From: Nitrospirales bacterium
GTDB taxonomy: Bacteria > Nitrospirota > Nitrospiria > Nitrospirales > UBA8639
NCBI GenBank assembly: GCA_965223295.1
Contig: CBDCWC010000003.1
Location: 768,001 to 832,000, forward strand
Direction: 5' to 3'
DNA: 64,000 nucleotides
A program made the position numbers and the translations under genes. Positions 38,034 through 48,257 of the stretch are shown here, piece after piece (the stretch's first letter is position 1; every line of letters starts with the position of its first letter). A model generated the notes under the pieces. The model made no database searches, was not told the origin of the DNA, and saw only the letters and a program-made list of their open reading frames with translations.

Positions 38034-38611
38034 AGCCCATCGCGCCACAAGAGCTGCTCTCTGCAGCAGCGTATGAAGAACAACGAACAGACATTCGGCA
38101 GCGCATTATTACTCTGAAGAAACGCCGACGAATGACAGTCGGTGAATATATTACCTTAGTGTTTGAAAATCGCGAGACGGTCGTTTTTCAGATACAAGAA
38201 ATGTTACGAACCGAACGTATTTTTGCACCAGAGAAAATTCAAGAAGAATGTGATGTCTATAATACACTCTTGCCCGGAGCGGACGAACTCAGCGCCACCC
38301 TCTTTATTGAACTTACGGAAGAGCATAAAATCCAAGAACTTCTGGACTCCCTCAAAGGTATTGACAATCCGGATATCGTGGCTATCTGTATAGGAAGGGA
38401 GAAAATTTTTGCCGCCTTTGAAGCCGGACATAGCAATGAAGAAAAGATTAGTGCCGTGCATTTTGTTCGATTTGCCGTCACTCCAAATTTTAGGGACCAA
38501 CTGGCCCAGGCTGACACCCCGGCCTTCCTAACTATTAACCACAAGAATTTTCAAGCAGAAGCCCCAATAGGAGATGAAATGAGACAGGAATGGCTTAACG
38601 ACTTACAATAA
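38030..38611 (+). CDS. DUF3501 family protein
   Basis: FENRETV.FQIQEMLRTE, YN.LLP...LSATLFIE and SAVHFVRF motifs. Confidence 0.88.
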   Translation: MKPIAPQELLSAAAYEEQRTDIRQRIITLKKRRRMTVGEYITLVFENRETVVFQIQEMLRTERIFAPEKIQEECDVYNTLLPGADELSATLFIELTEEHKIQELLDSLKGIDNPDIVAICIGREKIFAAFEAGHSNEEKISAVHFVRFAVTPNFRDQLAQADTPAFLTINHKNFQAEAPIGDEMRQEWLNDLQ

Positions 38612-38774
38612 GTTTCTGTTTGTCAGACCATGAGGAATAAGGCCATTGACTCAAATTGACAATCGAAAAAGGTATACTTTAAGATAAAAACTCAATATTG
38701 CAGTCCTTTCAACCGATTGAAAGGAAAGAAGAATTTTACATTTTTCGTGACGTTCATAAAGGGAGGACACACAC

Positions 38775-39095
38775 ATGGTTACCATTACCGAAATCGCGGA
38801 AGAAAAGATTAAAGAACTCATAAAGGAAGAAGAAAGTGCCGTGGGACTTCGCATTTACGTGAAAGGCGGAGGCTGCAGCGGCTATCAATATGGCATGTCA
38901 TTCGAAGACAAAACCAGCGACGACGACACCATCGTGGAAAAAGGTGATGTCAAAGTCATCGTAGATTCACAAAGCGCCCCCATGCTCAGCGGTGCTGAAG
39001 TGGACTATGTCGACAGCTTGCAAGGATCAGGATTCTCCATCAAAAATCCACAAGCGAAATCGACCTGTGGCTGCGGGAGTTCCTTTTCAACGTAA
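38775..39095 (+). CDS. erpA: A-type Fe-S carrier (ErpA/HesB)
   Basis: GGGCSGYQY and NPQAKSTCGCGSSF motifs. Confidence 0.85.
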   Translation: MVTITEIAEEKIKELIKEEESAVGLRIYVKGGGCSGYQYGMSFEDKTSDDDTIVEKGDVKVIVDSQSAPMLSGAEVDYVDSLQGSGFSIKNPQAKSTCGCGSSFST

Positions 39096-39123
39096 TCTAC
39101 TATTTCTAGAGAAGACTGACCAG

Positions 39124-39175
39124 AGAAGGGTTGGACACAGTACAATGCGTACCTGAGTTCAACCCTTCTTTTTTA
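39124..39175 (+). terminator. Rho-independent terminator after erpA
   Basis: AGAAGGGTTG...CAACCCTTCT followed by a T-tract. Confidence 0.7.
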
Positions 39176-39201
39176 TTTGTGTCCTTCTAGAGAATCTCCT
39201 C

Positions 39202-40041
39202 ATGTCTAAATCCACATTAACTAAACGCCTGGAATTTTGCTCTTCCCATCGCTACCACAATCCCAAATGGGATGATGCGAAAAATCGAGAAATATTCGGC
39301 CCCTGCAATAATCCCAATACACATGGTCATAATTATTTGCTAGAAGTCACCCTCTGCGGAGAGATTGACCCAGTCACCGGCATGATCATCAACTTGTATG
39401 ACCTCAAGCAACATTTGTGGGACGTGTTGATTGAATTTGATCATAAAAACTTAAATCTCGATACACCCTATTTCACCACCCGAATTCCGACAACAGAAAA
39501 TCTGGCCCTCACCTTATGGAAGCTTTTAGAAAAACACCCTGATCTACCTTCGCTTGACAAAATTCGCCTCTACGAAGATGCCACACTTTATTCAGAAATC
39601 CAGAAAGGGTTTTTCCCACCCTCTTCACAAACTGACATCGCACTGATCGGTCGCCGATATCAATTCGCAGCGGTACATGAATCTGACCAAAAATCTGCAC
39701 GAGGACATCAGTACGAATTATGGGTATCTATTAAAGACTCCATCCCTGCGGATACTGGACAAATTGTTAATCTTCAGGCATTAGACAACATCGTCAACCA
39801 AGAAATTCTTCAAAGATGGAACCAACGAAATCTTAGCCATGACCCTCTTTTTGCTGATTTTCCCATTACTGATGTCAGCATAGCTCAACAGTGCTGGGCG
39901 ATCCTGACTCCCTTTTTCCCTACTCATCGGCTTAGTCATATTGCTCTCAGCCAACAGCCTGAAACTTTAGCCATCTTCTCTGATTCATATCTACCTCGAA
40001 CAGCACAAACCAGAGATCTCAACATCCAACAAGTCGGCTGA
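39202..40041 (+). CDS. Two-domain 6-carboxytetrahydropterin synthase / PTPS family protein
   Basis: F.SSHR, CNNPNTHGHNY, DHKNLN and PTTEN in domain 1; degenerate second T-fold domain. Confidence 0.85.
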   Translation: MSKSTLTKRLEFCSSHRYHNPKWDDAKNREIFGPCNNPNTHGHNYLLEVTLCGEIDPVTGMIINLYDLKQHLWDVLIEFDHKNLNLDTPYFTTRIPTTENLALTLWKLLEKHPDLPSLDKIRLYEDATLYSEIQKGFFPPSSQTDIALIGRRYQFAAVHESDQKSARGHQYELWVSIKDSIPADTGQIVNLQALDNIVNQEILQRWNQRNLSHDPLFADFPITDVSIAQQCWAILTPFFPTHRLSHIALSQQPETLAIFSDSYLPRTAQTRDLNIQQVG

Positions 40042-40060
40042 GATTTGTAAATAGACGCCC

Positions 40061-40399
40061 TTAAAGGCTTTGCGAAAAATACTCCGCAATGAGAGCGGCT
40101 AATTCGTCGGATTCGAGTTGACCTTCTTGGGCCTCTAAGAGGTTGCCGTTGGAGAAAAAGTGGGTGGTGGGGTAAGTTTCAAAGTTGTGTTGTTTTTTGA
40201 TGGCTCGGCATTTTCCAGGAACATGCATTTTGGCTTTGCCAAATCGTATGGTGGCATGCTCCTTTGCTGAAGCTTCCAGAATTGGATCGTAGGCTTTGCA
40301 AGGCTCACAGGCAGCAATCCCATAGGCCACGACTGCCGCGGGAGCCTGCGTGAAGTCCGCGTAGTTTTCATCATTGACGTTTTCAACGATTCCTGACAT
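40061..40399 (-). CDS. Thioredoxin family protein
   Basis: CEPC motif and cis-Pro YPT. Confidence 0.8.
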   Translation of the reverse strand: MSGIVENVNDENYADFTQAPAAVVAYGIAACEPCKAYDPILEASAKEHATIRFGKAKMHVPGKCRAIKKQHNFETYPTTHFFSNGNLLEAQEGQLESDELAALIAEYFSQSL

Positions 40400-40600
40400 A
40401 TCGACTCCTTCTTCTGGCTGTCCTTTCTAAAACGTTTTAATCATCAAATATGCCATTCACCCTCACCTCTCCCTTAATGGCGCGAGGATCTAGTCCTTTC
40501 TGGGTGGGGGAAGGCTATCGTCCTAGACAACACGAGGCAAAAGAAAACCCTAAGGAAGCGCATCACACTTCGCTTAGGGTTCTCTTATTGTTCATGCTAA

Positions 40601-41071
40601 TTAGTTAAGTTTGCTTAAGGCTTCCAGGATCTCTTTGTCATCCCGTGCCACTTTGATTTCTTGCACTTTGGCATAAGCGACTTTGCCTGATTTGTCGACA
40701 ATGACGGTAGCTCGCTTAGAGCAATTCAATGGTTCAAAATACAAACCATAGGCTTTTGACACCGTCCGGTGCATATCCGCTAAGAGTTTGTGTTTGAGTT
40801 CTAACGAATCGGCCCAGGCTTTGTGGGAAAAGAAGCTATCGCAGCTAATCCCCAAGATTTCGGCATTAGCGGATTCAAAGTTAGGAAAGTCGTCCGTCAA
40901 ACACTTATTTTCCCCTTGGCATACGGGACTCCAGTCTAATGGATAAAACGCCAACACAACATTTTTCTTGCCTTGGAAATCACTCAGCTTAATATCATTT
41001 TGATCTTGATCTTTCAGGGTGAAATCTGGAGCAGTATCTCCAACTTTAATTTCTGCGGCCACATCTGACAT
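40601..41071 (-). CDS. Peroxiredoxin (AhpE/BCP-like)
   Basis: [19 protein letters not shown] and RATVIVD motifs. Confidence 0.9.
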   Translation of the reverse strand: MSDVAAEIKVGDTAPDFTLKDQDQNDIKLSDFQGKKNVVLAFYPLDWSPVCQGENKCLTDDFPNFESANAEILGISCDSFFSHKAWADSLELKHKLLADMHRTVSKAYGLYFEPLNCSKRATVIVDKSGKVAYAKVQEIKVARDDKEILEALSKLN

Positions 41072-41378
41072 GTTCTATCTCCTCCTTGTTGGTAAAATTG
41101 ACGAAAAAGGTTTAGGACAGCCTTTGGTCGTACCATGAGGTGAAAAAGTTTGTCAATTGGCGCATATGGCACTTAAGACCTATGCGGCTTTCTCCAGTTT
41201 GCCTACCAAATACTATTTCATTTGTAGTTTTTTAAAGTACGGTCTTTTCTGTAGGCTTTAGTAATACGGAATCTTTTGCTTCTTGTGTTTTACCCCATCT
41301 CAGGGTATCGTAAAATCAAGGCCGGAAAGTATCTCCTCTCTCATACTTCATGTAAAAAGGATGCCGTTTCTTTCCTGA

Positions 41379-43778
41379 ATGAATACCTTCCAGCAGTTTT
41401 TTTCAGGGCTTAAAACTTGGTCTTGGCTTCGGATATTTCTCGTGAGCGCTCTGGCCTTTCTGGTTGTCGGGACTGGAACAGTGTTGGGCATTCTCTGGCA
41501 AGTGACCCGGGACCTGCCCACGTTTGATTCCTTCCAGGATTATCATCCAAGCTTGGTTTCTAGAGTCTATGCTGATGACGGCGAAATGATTGGACAATTT
41601 TTTATTGAACGTCGTCTGTATACTCCTATTGATCAAATTCCCAAAGCTCTCACTCAAGCCGTGATTGCTGTCGAAGACACCAGATTTCTTGAGCACCCTG
41701 GACTTGATGTTGTGGGAATTGGACGAGCCGCCTGGACGAATCTCAGAAAAGGGGGGCGTTTCCAGGGAGCCAGCACCATCACTCAGCAATTGGCACGCGC
41801 CCTGTTTCTAAGTCCTGAACGTACGTATACCCGTAAAATTAAGGAACTCGTTCTCGCGATTAAGATGGAGTGGGTCCTGACCAAAGACCAGATTCTAGAA
41901 ATGTATCTGAATCAAATTTATTTTGGTCATGGAGCCTATGGAATCGCCGCAGCCACTCTCACCTATTTTGATAAAAGCGTGACAGAATTGAGCCTTCCAG
42001 AAGCCGCGTTTTTAGCAGGACTGCCCAAAGCACCCAATACGTATTCTCCGTTTCGCAATCCTGATCTGGCAAAGTCTCGGAAAGAACTCGTCTTACATCG
42101 AATGGTCGAAGCGAAATTTATCACGAAAGAGGACGCCCAAACGGCTATCGAGACGGTTTTGAACTATCGTCGACAGTCTATTGAACCAATTGCGTCCTAC
42201 TTTATTGAAAATATCCGCCAACATTTGGTGGAACGCTATGGAGAGTCCTTGGTCTACAAAGGCGGACTACAGATCCACACGACGTTAAATATTGCTATGC
42301 AAAAATCCGCACAAGAAAGCCTGCAACGAGGGTTACGTCAAGTGGATAAACGCCAGGGCTGGCGTGGCCCCCTCGGACATGTAGAATTTGGCAAAGACTT
42401 TGAGCCCCCGGATGAATATCCAGAATTACAGACGGTTCAAGCGGCCCTCACCCATGGTCTTTATCGGGCACTGGTGACAAAAGTGTCCAAAAAGTCAGCC
42501 GAAGTTTTGATCGGGAATACGCATAAAGGGACGATCGCTTTTGACGATATGAAATGGGCACAGCGGCGGCTAAAAGATCCCAATGATGTGGAGACTGCCG
42601 AAGTGCGCGAAAAGGCCACACCTCGTCAAATACTCAAGATAGGCGATATCATTGAAGTCTTGCCAAAAAAAGGCGATCTAGAGTCCGGCATTTTTGTGCT
42701 AGAACAAACCCCATTGGTGGAAGGCTCTTTGCTGGCACTAGACCCTCGGAATGGAGCCATCCAGGCCATGATCGGAGGTTATGATTTTTCTCGTAGCCAA
42801 TTCAACCGCGCGGTGTCAGCTCGACGTCAACCGGGTTCGGCATTTAAACCGTTGATCTACGCCACCGCCCTTCAACAAGGCCTGACACCGGCCACATTAA
42901 TTTTGGATGCACCAGTGGTGTACCAAGATGAGGAACTAGACCGCGTATGGAAACCTGAAAATTATGAGAAACGGTTCTATGGAACCATCTCACTCAGGGA
43001 AGCCCTGCGTCATTCCCGGAACGCGGCTACGGTCCGGCTCCTTGAACAGATTGGTGTCCCAAAGGTTGTGAATATTGCCAGCGACTTAGGTATCCAAAGT
43101 CCTCTCAGTCAAGATCTCTCCCTCGCTCTTGGGTCATCCAGCGTCACCCTGCAAGAAATCACGTCTGCATTTGGTGTCTTTGCCAACCAAGGGATGTGGC
43201 TCAAACCTTATCAAATTACGCTTGTGAAAGATGTCAACGGGGAAATTCTGGAGCAACATTTTTTTGAACCTCGACAGGCCATGAAACAGGACAATGCATA
43301 CCTCACAACCAACATGCTCATGGATGTGATTCAAAGCGGAACTGGTCGTCGTGCGAAAAGGATTGGGCGCCCCTTAGCAGGGAAAACAGGGACAACGAAT
43401 GGCTACAATGATGCGTGGTTCGTGGGTTACGCCCCGAATTTAGCCACCGGGGTATGGGTCGGGTTTGATTCGGTGCGAACATTAGGCCGATTAGAATCTG
43501 GTGCTCGTGCGGCTCTACCAATCTGGACAGATTTCATGGCACAGGCTCTTCGTGATTCACCTGTTATGACATTTACCATCCCAGAGGGTATTCAATTTGC
43601 CCAGGTCGATACGACCACAGGAGACTTACCAACGAAATCCAGTCGTCATATTAGTACTGAAGTCTTTCGAAAAGGAACAGAACCGGCAAAGGGGGCTGCG
43701 AAGAAAGCCAATCCCATGGATTTCTTTGAATTTGACCGAATGAATTCAGGCTCTTCCACTCAACTCTCTTCGTTTTAA
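41379..43778 (+). CDS. mrcA: Penicillin-binding protein 1A
   Basis: EDTRF.EH.G, GASTITQQL and RKIKE (transglycosylase); SAFK, SRN and KTG (transpeptidase). Confidence 0.93.
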   Translation: MNTFQQFFSGLKTWSWLRIFLVSALAFLVVGTGTVLGILWQVTRDLPTFDSFQDYHPSLVSRVYADDGEMIGQFFIERRLYTPIDQIPKALTQAVIAVEDTRFLEHPGLDVVGIGRAAWTNLRKGGRFQGASTITQQLARALFLSPERTYTRKIKELVLAIKMEWVLTKDQILEMYLNQIYFGHGAYGIAAATLTYFDKSVTELSLPEAAFLAGLPKAPNTYSPFRNPDLAKSRKELVLHRMVEAKFITKEDAQTAIETVLNYRRQSIEPIASYFIENIRQHLVERYGESLVYKGGLQIHTTLNIAMQKSAQESLQRGLRQVDKRQGWRGPLGHVEFGKDFEPPDEYPELQTVQAALTHGLYRALVTKVSKKSAEVLIGNTHKGTIAFDDMKWAQRRLKDPNDVETAEVREKATPRQILKIGDIIEVLPKKGDLESGIFVLEQTPLVEGSLLALDPRNGAIQAMIGGYDFSRSQFNRAVSARRQPGSAFKPLIYATALQQGLTPATLILDAPVVYQDEELDRVWKPENYEKRFYGTISLREALRHSRNAATVRLLEQIGVPKVVNIASDLGIQSPLSQDLSLALGSSSVTLQEITSAFGVFANQGMWLKPYQITLVKDVNGEILEQHFFEPRQAMKQDNAYLTTNMLMDVIQSGTGRRAKRIGRPLAGKTGTTNGYNDAWFVGYAPNLATGVWVGFDSVRTLGRLESGARAALPIWTDFMAQALRDSPVMTFTIPEGIQFAQVDTTTGDLPTKSSRHISTEVFRKGTEPAKGAAKKANPMDFFEFDRMNSGSSTQLSSF

Positions 43779-43782
43779 GTTT

Positions 43783-43854
43783 GTCATACCTGCCGAGGCG
43801 GGTAGCCAGAAAAAATCAGACTGAACATTGGATTCCCGTTTTCACGGGAATGAG
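43783..43854. repeat. Inverted doublet of ATTCCC-N8-GGGAAT-type palindromes
   Basis: GTCATACCTGCCGAGGCGGGTAGCCAG ... TGGATTCCCGTTTTCACGGGAATGAG. Confidence 0.75.
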
Positions 43855-43861
43855 GGCATAA

Positions 43862-44043
43862 GGGCACCTCTAAAAACTGTTGATTTTTTCCGAGGGCAAG
43901 GAAGCAGCGCGCGGAAACCCGCAGTGTATGGGCCAATACATGAGGGCGCACGGTGCGAAGAGCACCACGTCTGTGCGCGCCGAAGGCTGTGAGCACCCGG
44001 CTGACGCGGCCATTGGGGAAAAGGACAGTTTTTAGAGGTGCCC
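43862..44043. mobile_element. 182-bp MITE, family A
   Basis: Perfect 19-bp terminal inverted repeats GGGCACCTCTAAAAACTGT / ACAGTTTTTAGAGGTGCCC; no transposase. Confidence 0.85.
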
Positions 44044-44081
44044 AGAAGAAGGATCCTCAACCCGCCGTTACCTTTTATTTA

Positions 44082-44274
44082 TGGGTCTGCTGAAAAAAGC
44101 CGCCAGCGGCGTTCTCGCCCTTTTTCCGTGCTCACGTAATACCAGTACGCTTCGCGCGTAAAAAGAGCTGCGGCCTTGCTGAACGGACTTTTTTGAACAA
44201 ACCCGAGGCCTCTGACATTCGACGTCGCAGAGACGAAATGTGGCCGTTGATATCATCATTACTCAACAGCCCCT
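44082..44274 (-). mobile_element. Long (193 bp) MITE, family B, reverse orientation
   Basis: Reverse complement of the 6333-6525 type; TTA on both flanks. Confidence 0.85.
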
Positions 44275-44296
44275 TTATGGGCATGAGGTAACCCTG

Positions 44297-44515
44297 CTAT
44301 CCTTTGGCATCTTGGTATTCTTCATGCCAGGCCATTTGAATAGCCTCGAGCTTTTTCTCATTTGAACCTTGCGGATCGTCCTTGAAGTCTGGCAGGGCTA
44401 CAATCCAAGCATGGAGATCGGTGAAACGCACAGTTAACGGATCAGTTTCAGGATACTCTTCCTGTAATCGAATCCCAATATCTTCGGCATCTGTCCACAT
44501 CAGATCATGCGTCAT
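44297..44515 (-). CDS. iscX: Fe-S assembly protein IscX
   Basis: W.D..DI...L...YP..DP..VRFTDL, NEKKLEAIQMAW. Confidence 0.93.
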   Translation of the reverse strand: MTHDLMWTDAEDIGIRLQEEYPETDPLTVRFTDLHAWIVALPDFKDDPQGSNEKKLEAIQMAWHEEYQDAKG

Positions 44516-44577
44516 GATTTCCTCTTATTTTTGATAACTGCTTGATATTCTATGCTACCTAGTATATCGGTGGCTGG

Positions 44578-44733
44578 GAGGAATGATCAAAAATTCATGC
44601 AGCAAGGCCGCAGCTATTGAGGCACGCGGAGCGTACTTTCAGTACGTGAACATGGCCAAATGGCGACCTGCCAGCGAGAAGCCGCTCCGGCGAAGGGAGG
44701 GAACGCCGCTGGTGGATTTTCTCATCATTTCTC
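44578..44733 (+). mobile_element. Family B core element with a nested 34-bp insert
   Basis: Shares CAGCAAGGCCGCAG, GGAGCGTAC..GTACGTGA and GAACGCCGCTGG; abuts the hscA stop codon. Confidence 0.7.
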
Positions 44734-46551
44734 TTATTTGACGAATTCTGAAACCTTTTTGCTTTCTAATGCTTCCTTCAATGTGGCATCCATCAACACT
44801 TCAGCCAGATGATGTGTCTCTTTTTCCATCTCAGAAATTCCTGCCCGAATGAGACGATGGTCATCACCTTTTTGTGTTTCACCCAACTGTTGAATGACAC
44901 GTTGAATTTCAGCTTTTTCTTTATCACTAATCAAGCCTGAGGCACGGGCCAACGCTTTTTCTGTGGCGACAATGATGGCCGTGGCTTCGGTTCGAGCCTC
45001 AATGACCTGCCGGGCCTTAATATCTTCCTCGGCAAATTGGAAGGACTCTCGGATCATGTCTTCTACTTCGTCATCCGTGAGCCCGTGAGAAGGTTTCACT
45101 TGTACTGTTTGGGCTTCGTTTGTCCGAATATCTCTGGCCGTCACATGTAAAATGCCATTCGCATCAATAAGAAAAGTGACTTCCACACGAGGCACACCGG
45201 CAGGTAACGGCGGCATTTTCAATTGAAATCTGGCTAAACTACGATTGTCTTTCACCAACTCCCGTTCACCCTGAAGAATGTGAATATCCACCGATGTTTG
45301 TCCATCCACATAGGTCGTGAACATTTCCTTCGAGCTAGTGGGTATTGTGGTATTACGCCGAATCAAGGCACTCATCACGCCACCCATCGTCTCAATACCC
45401 AAGGACAACGGTGTCACATCTAAAAGAAGAATTTCTTTGTTATGCCCACCGAGAATATCTGCTTGGACTGCCGCACCAAGGGCGACCACTTCATCTGGAT
45501 TCAATTCACTGTGAGGTTGTTTGCCAAATAGCTCTTCCACTTTCTGTCGGACTAACGGCATACGCGTGCTGCCGCCAACTAACACCACTTCGTCAATTTG
45601 ATTTGCCGTTAACCCTGCGTCTTTTAGCGCTGAACGGCACGGAGCCAGCGTCCGATCCACGAGGGCCATAACCAGCGACTCCATCGCTTCACGGGTAACA
45701 GTTTTTTCATATCTTCCCTTGGGGAGTTCGACGACCATCGTGGTTTCTGTGGCATCAGATAACCGCACTTTAGCCCGTTCGGCTTCCAAGCGTAACGTTT
45801 GCATCAGATCGGAATGATCTTGGCATTGAATCCCATGTTGTTCGTATATTTCTTTGACCAAGACATCAATAAAACGTTGATCAAAATCATCGCCCCCTAA
45901 ATGCGTATCGCCGTTCGTGGCCAGAACTTCAAAAATGCCGTCTTTTAATTTGAGGATCGAGATATCAAACGTTCCACCGCCTAGATCGTAGATGGCGATG
46001 AGACCTTGCGTTTTTTTCTGAAGACCATAGGCTAAAGACGCCGCAGTAGGCTCATTGATGATACGCAAGACTTCTAAGCCGGCAATCATTCCAGCGTCCT
46101 TGGTCGCTTGACGCTGACTATCATTAAAGTAGGCCGGAACCGTAATCACAGCCTTAGAAATATCTTCTTTCAAAAACTCTTCTGCCCGTCGCTTTAATTC
46201 TTTTAAAATCATGGCAGAAACCTGAGGAGGGGAATAAGTCTTCTCCCCAACTTCAATACGAATGACGCCATTTTTTTCCTGCAGCGAATAGGGGAAATAT
46301 TTCCGCTCATCAGCAACGTCTTCTAATCCTTTTCCCATAAACCGCTTAACGGAATATATGGTCCGAGAAGGATCACGTGTGAGATGAGCTTTTGCCGGGT
46401 CACCGACAATCAACCCGTTATCCGTCATCCCCACAATCGACGGGACCTTTGCCTGCCCCTCAGGACCCGGGATCACACGCGGGGTCCCATCATCCATATA
46501 GGCAATCAAAGAATTTGTCGTCCCTAAATCAATGCCAACGATTCGACTCAC
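44734..46551 (-). CDS. hscA: Fe-S chaperone HscA (Hsp70)
   Basis: GIDLGTTNS, TVPAYF, DLGGGTFD and VKPSHGL motifs; isc context. Confidence 0.92.
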   Translation of the reverse strand: MSRIVGIDLGTTNSLIAYMDDGTPRVIPGPEGQAKVPSIVGMTDNGLIVGDPAKAHLTRDPSRTIYSVKRFMGKGLEDVADERKYFPYSLQEKNGVIRIEVGEKTYSPPQVSAMILKELKRRAEEFLKEDISKAVITVPAYFNDSQRQATKDAGMIAGLEVLRIINEPTAASLAYGLQKKTQGLIAIYDLGGGTFDISILKLKDGIFEVLATNGDTHLGGDDFDQRFIDVLVKEIYEQHGIQCQDHSDLMQTLRLEAERAKVRLSDATETTMVVELPKGRYEKTVTREAMESLVMALVDRTLAPCRSALKDAGLTANQIDEVVLVGGSTRMPLVRQKVEELFGKQPHSELNPDEVVALGAAVQADILGGHNKEILLLDVTPLSLGIETMGGVMSALIRRNTTIPTSSKEMFTTYVDGQTSVDIHILQGERELVKDNRSLARFQLKMPPLPAGVPRVEVTFLIDANGILHVTARDIRTNEAQTVQVKPSHGLTDDEVEDMIRESFQFAEEDIKARQVIEARTEATAIIVATEKALARASGLISDKEKAEIQRVIQQLGETQKGDDHRLIRAGISEMEKETHHLAEVLMDATLKEALESKKVSEFVK

Positions 46552-46588
46552 AATCTATCCTTTATAACTAAGATCATATGAAGCGTTA

Positions 46589-47311
46589 TCATCCTGTTGT
46601 TTCGAGTAACTCACTCACCATATTGCAAATGTAGGTGCGATTGGAAAGAATTTCCTGCATGTTACGTAACACGGCATTTTTCTCATCTCGAGCTTCACCT
46701 GGCCCAAAATGAGTCTGTTGCAATTGATCCCATTCCCGATATTTTTCACGTAAGGTCTTTTCCATTTCCGCCTGGCGTTTTTCAAGATGCTCTCGTGCCG
46801 TCTTGAGTTTCTGGCGAAGTTCAATACGTTCTGGCGAATCTTCTTCTGACGAAAGATTTCGGAAGGACTCCATATCCTCTTGGAGCTCTAAAATTTCTTC
46901 AAAAAGATCGGCTGGCGGATTTGACCGAATATCCTTCACCGCCCCGGCTTCCAGACGAATGAGATATTCGACACGTTGAATGGGATCTTTCAATGTCCGA
47001 TAGGCCGCATTAAGAAAAGCCGAATTGCCTAAGCTAATCGTCTTTTCTGATTCATCTTTGGTGGAATAAAAATCAGGATGGAATGTCCGGCTCAGCTCAT
47101 AATACGTTCGCTCTAACTCTCCCTCATCGATATTGAGCAACCGAGACAATTTAAAACAGGCGAAATAATCGAGGTCTTTAGAAAGGGGTTGGACCTTCAC
47201 GCATTGCCCGCACAAATATTCTCCAGTCACTTCAGACTGACAGTGCCAGCACATGCTGCGCGCCATCGGCAATTCGCGTGGATTAGTCGATGTCGAATGG
47301 GTATGTTCCAT
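46589..47311 (-). CDS. hscB: Co-chaperone HscB
   Basis: J-domain HPD, LNAAYRTLKDPIQR; N-terminal CWHC..CGQC. Confidence 0.92.
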   Translation of the reverse strand: MEHTHSTSTNPRELPMARSMCWHCQSEVTGEYLCGQCVKVQPLSKDLDYFACFKLSRLLNIDEGELERTYYELSRTFHPDFYSTKDESEKTISLGNSAFLNAAYRTLKDPIQRVEYLIRLEAGAVKDIRSNPPADLFEEILELQEDMESFRNLSSEEDSPERIELRQKLKTAREHLEKRQAEMEKTLREKYREWDQLQQTHFGPGEARDEKNAVLRNMQEILSNRTYICNMVSELLETTG

Positions 47312-47401
47312 GGTATGAATGACGATCTGACAAGTCAGGCATGACCAACTACGCCATGCCTGATCAACTTATTAGCGCCTTCTCGATGTCAGTGCTGTGG
47401 C

Positions 47402-47755
47402 CTAGGCTGAAAATGATTCTCCACATCCGCAGGTTTTAGAGGCATTCGGATTGATAAACTTGAAAGCCCCGCTCACCATATCTTTTTGATAATCTAGCGT
47501 CATCCCTTGAAGATAGATAGCGCTTTTAGCATCCACAATAACTTTCACGCCATTGACCTCGGTCACAGTATCAAATTCACCAATGTTTTCATCAAAATTG
47601 ACGGTATAGCTTAACCCTGAACAGCCTCCGCCTTTCACACCCAGTCTCAGCCCACCTTCGGTGATGCCTTGAAGGTCTAATAACCGCTGCACCTCTTTCA
47701 AGGCGGCATCGGTCATCGTGACTATTGTCGTGTTATCAGCTTCTTGTGTTTCCAT
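47402..47755 (-). CDS. iscA: IscA
   Basis: GGGCSGLSY and NPNASKTCGCGESF motifs; isc context. Confidence 0.9.
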   Translation of the reverse strand: METQEADNTTIVTMTDAALKEVQRLLDLQGITEGGLRLGVKGGGCSGLSYTVNFDENIGEFDTVTEVNGVKVIVDAKSAIYLQGMTLDYQKDMVSGAFKFINPNASKTCGCGESFSA

Positions 47756-47790
47756 TATGCACTCTCCTCAATCACCGACTTAATAAAACC

Positions 47791-48207
47791 TCACGATGAG
47801 GCGGCGGGTTCTTCAACGTTCGGCTTTTTCTCATCAGCTTTCTTCTGATAATCACCCAACGCTGCTTTTATGGCATCTTCTGCCAACACCGAGCAGTGAA
47901 TCTTCACCGGAGGAAGATTTAACTCTTCCACAATATCGGTATTCTTAATTTTCTGGGCTTCTTCAACGGATTTTCCTTTTAACCATTCTGTCGCCAAACT
48001 GGAACTGGCAATGGCCGAGCCACACCCAAACGTCTTAAACTTGGCATCCACAATAGTTTCGTTCTCGACTTTAATTTGAAGTTTCATGACATCGCCACAT
48101 TCGGGTGCTCCCACAATTCCCGTGCCGACGCCCTCATCTTCCTTTTTAAACGATCCTACATTACGGGGATTGTTGTAATGATCGATCACTTTTTCACTAT
48201 AGGCCAT
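47791..48207 (-). CDS. iscU: Fe-S scaffold IscU
   Basis: GAPECGD, GCGSAIAS and LPPVKIHC motifs. Confidence 0.96.
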   Translation of the reverse strand: MAYSEKVIDHYNNPRNVGSFKKEDEGVGTGIVGAPECGDVMKLQIKVENETIVDAKFKTFGCGSAIASSSLATEWLKGKSVEEAQKIKNTDIVEELNLPPVKIHCSVLAEDAIKAALGDYQKKADEKKPNVEEPAASS

Positions 48208-48257
48208 GATTCATTCCTCCTTCTGATTTATAAACTGATTCGATTTATTCTCCTTGT

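Noticed and set aside
40455-40515. CCCTCACCTCTCCC...GCGAGG degenerate palindrome
   Set aside because: Single decayed copy; cannot be assigned to a family
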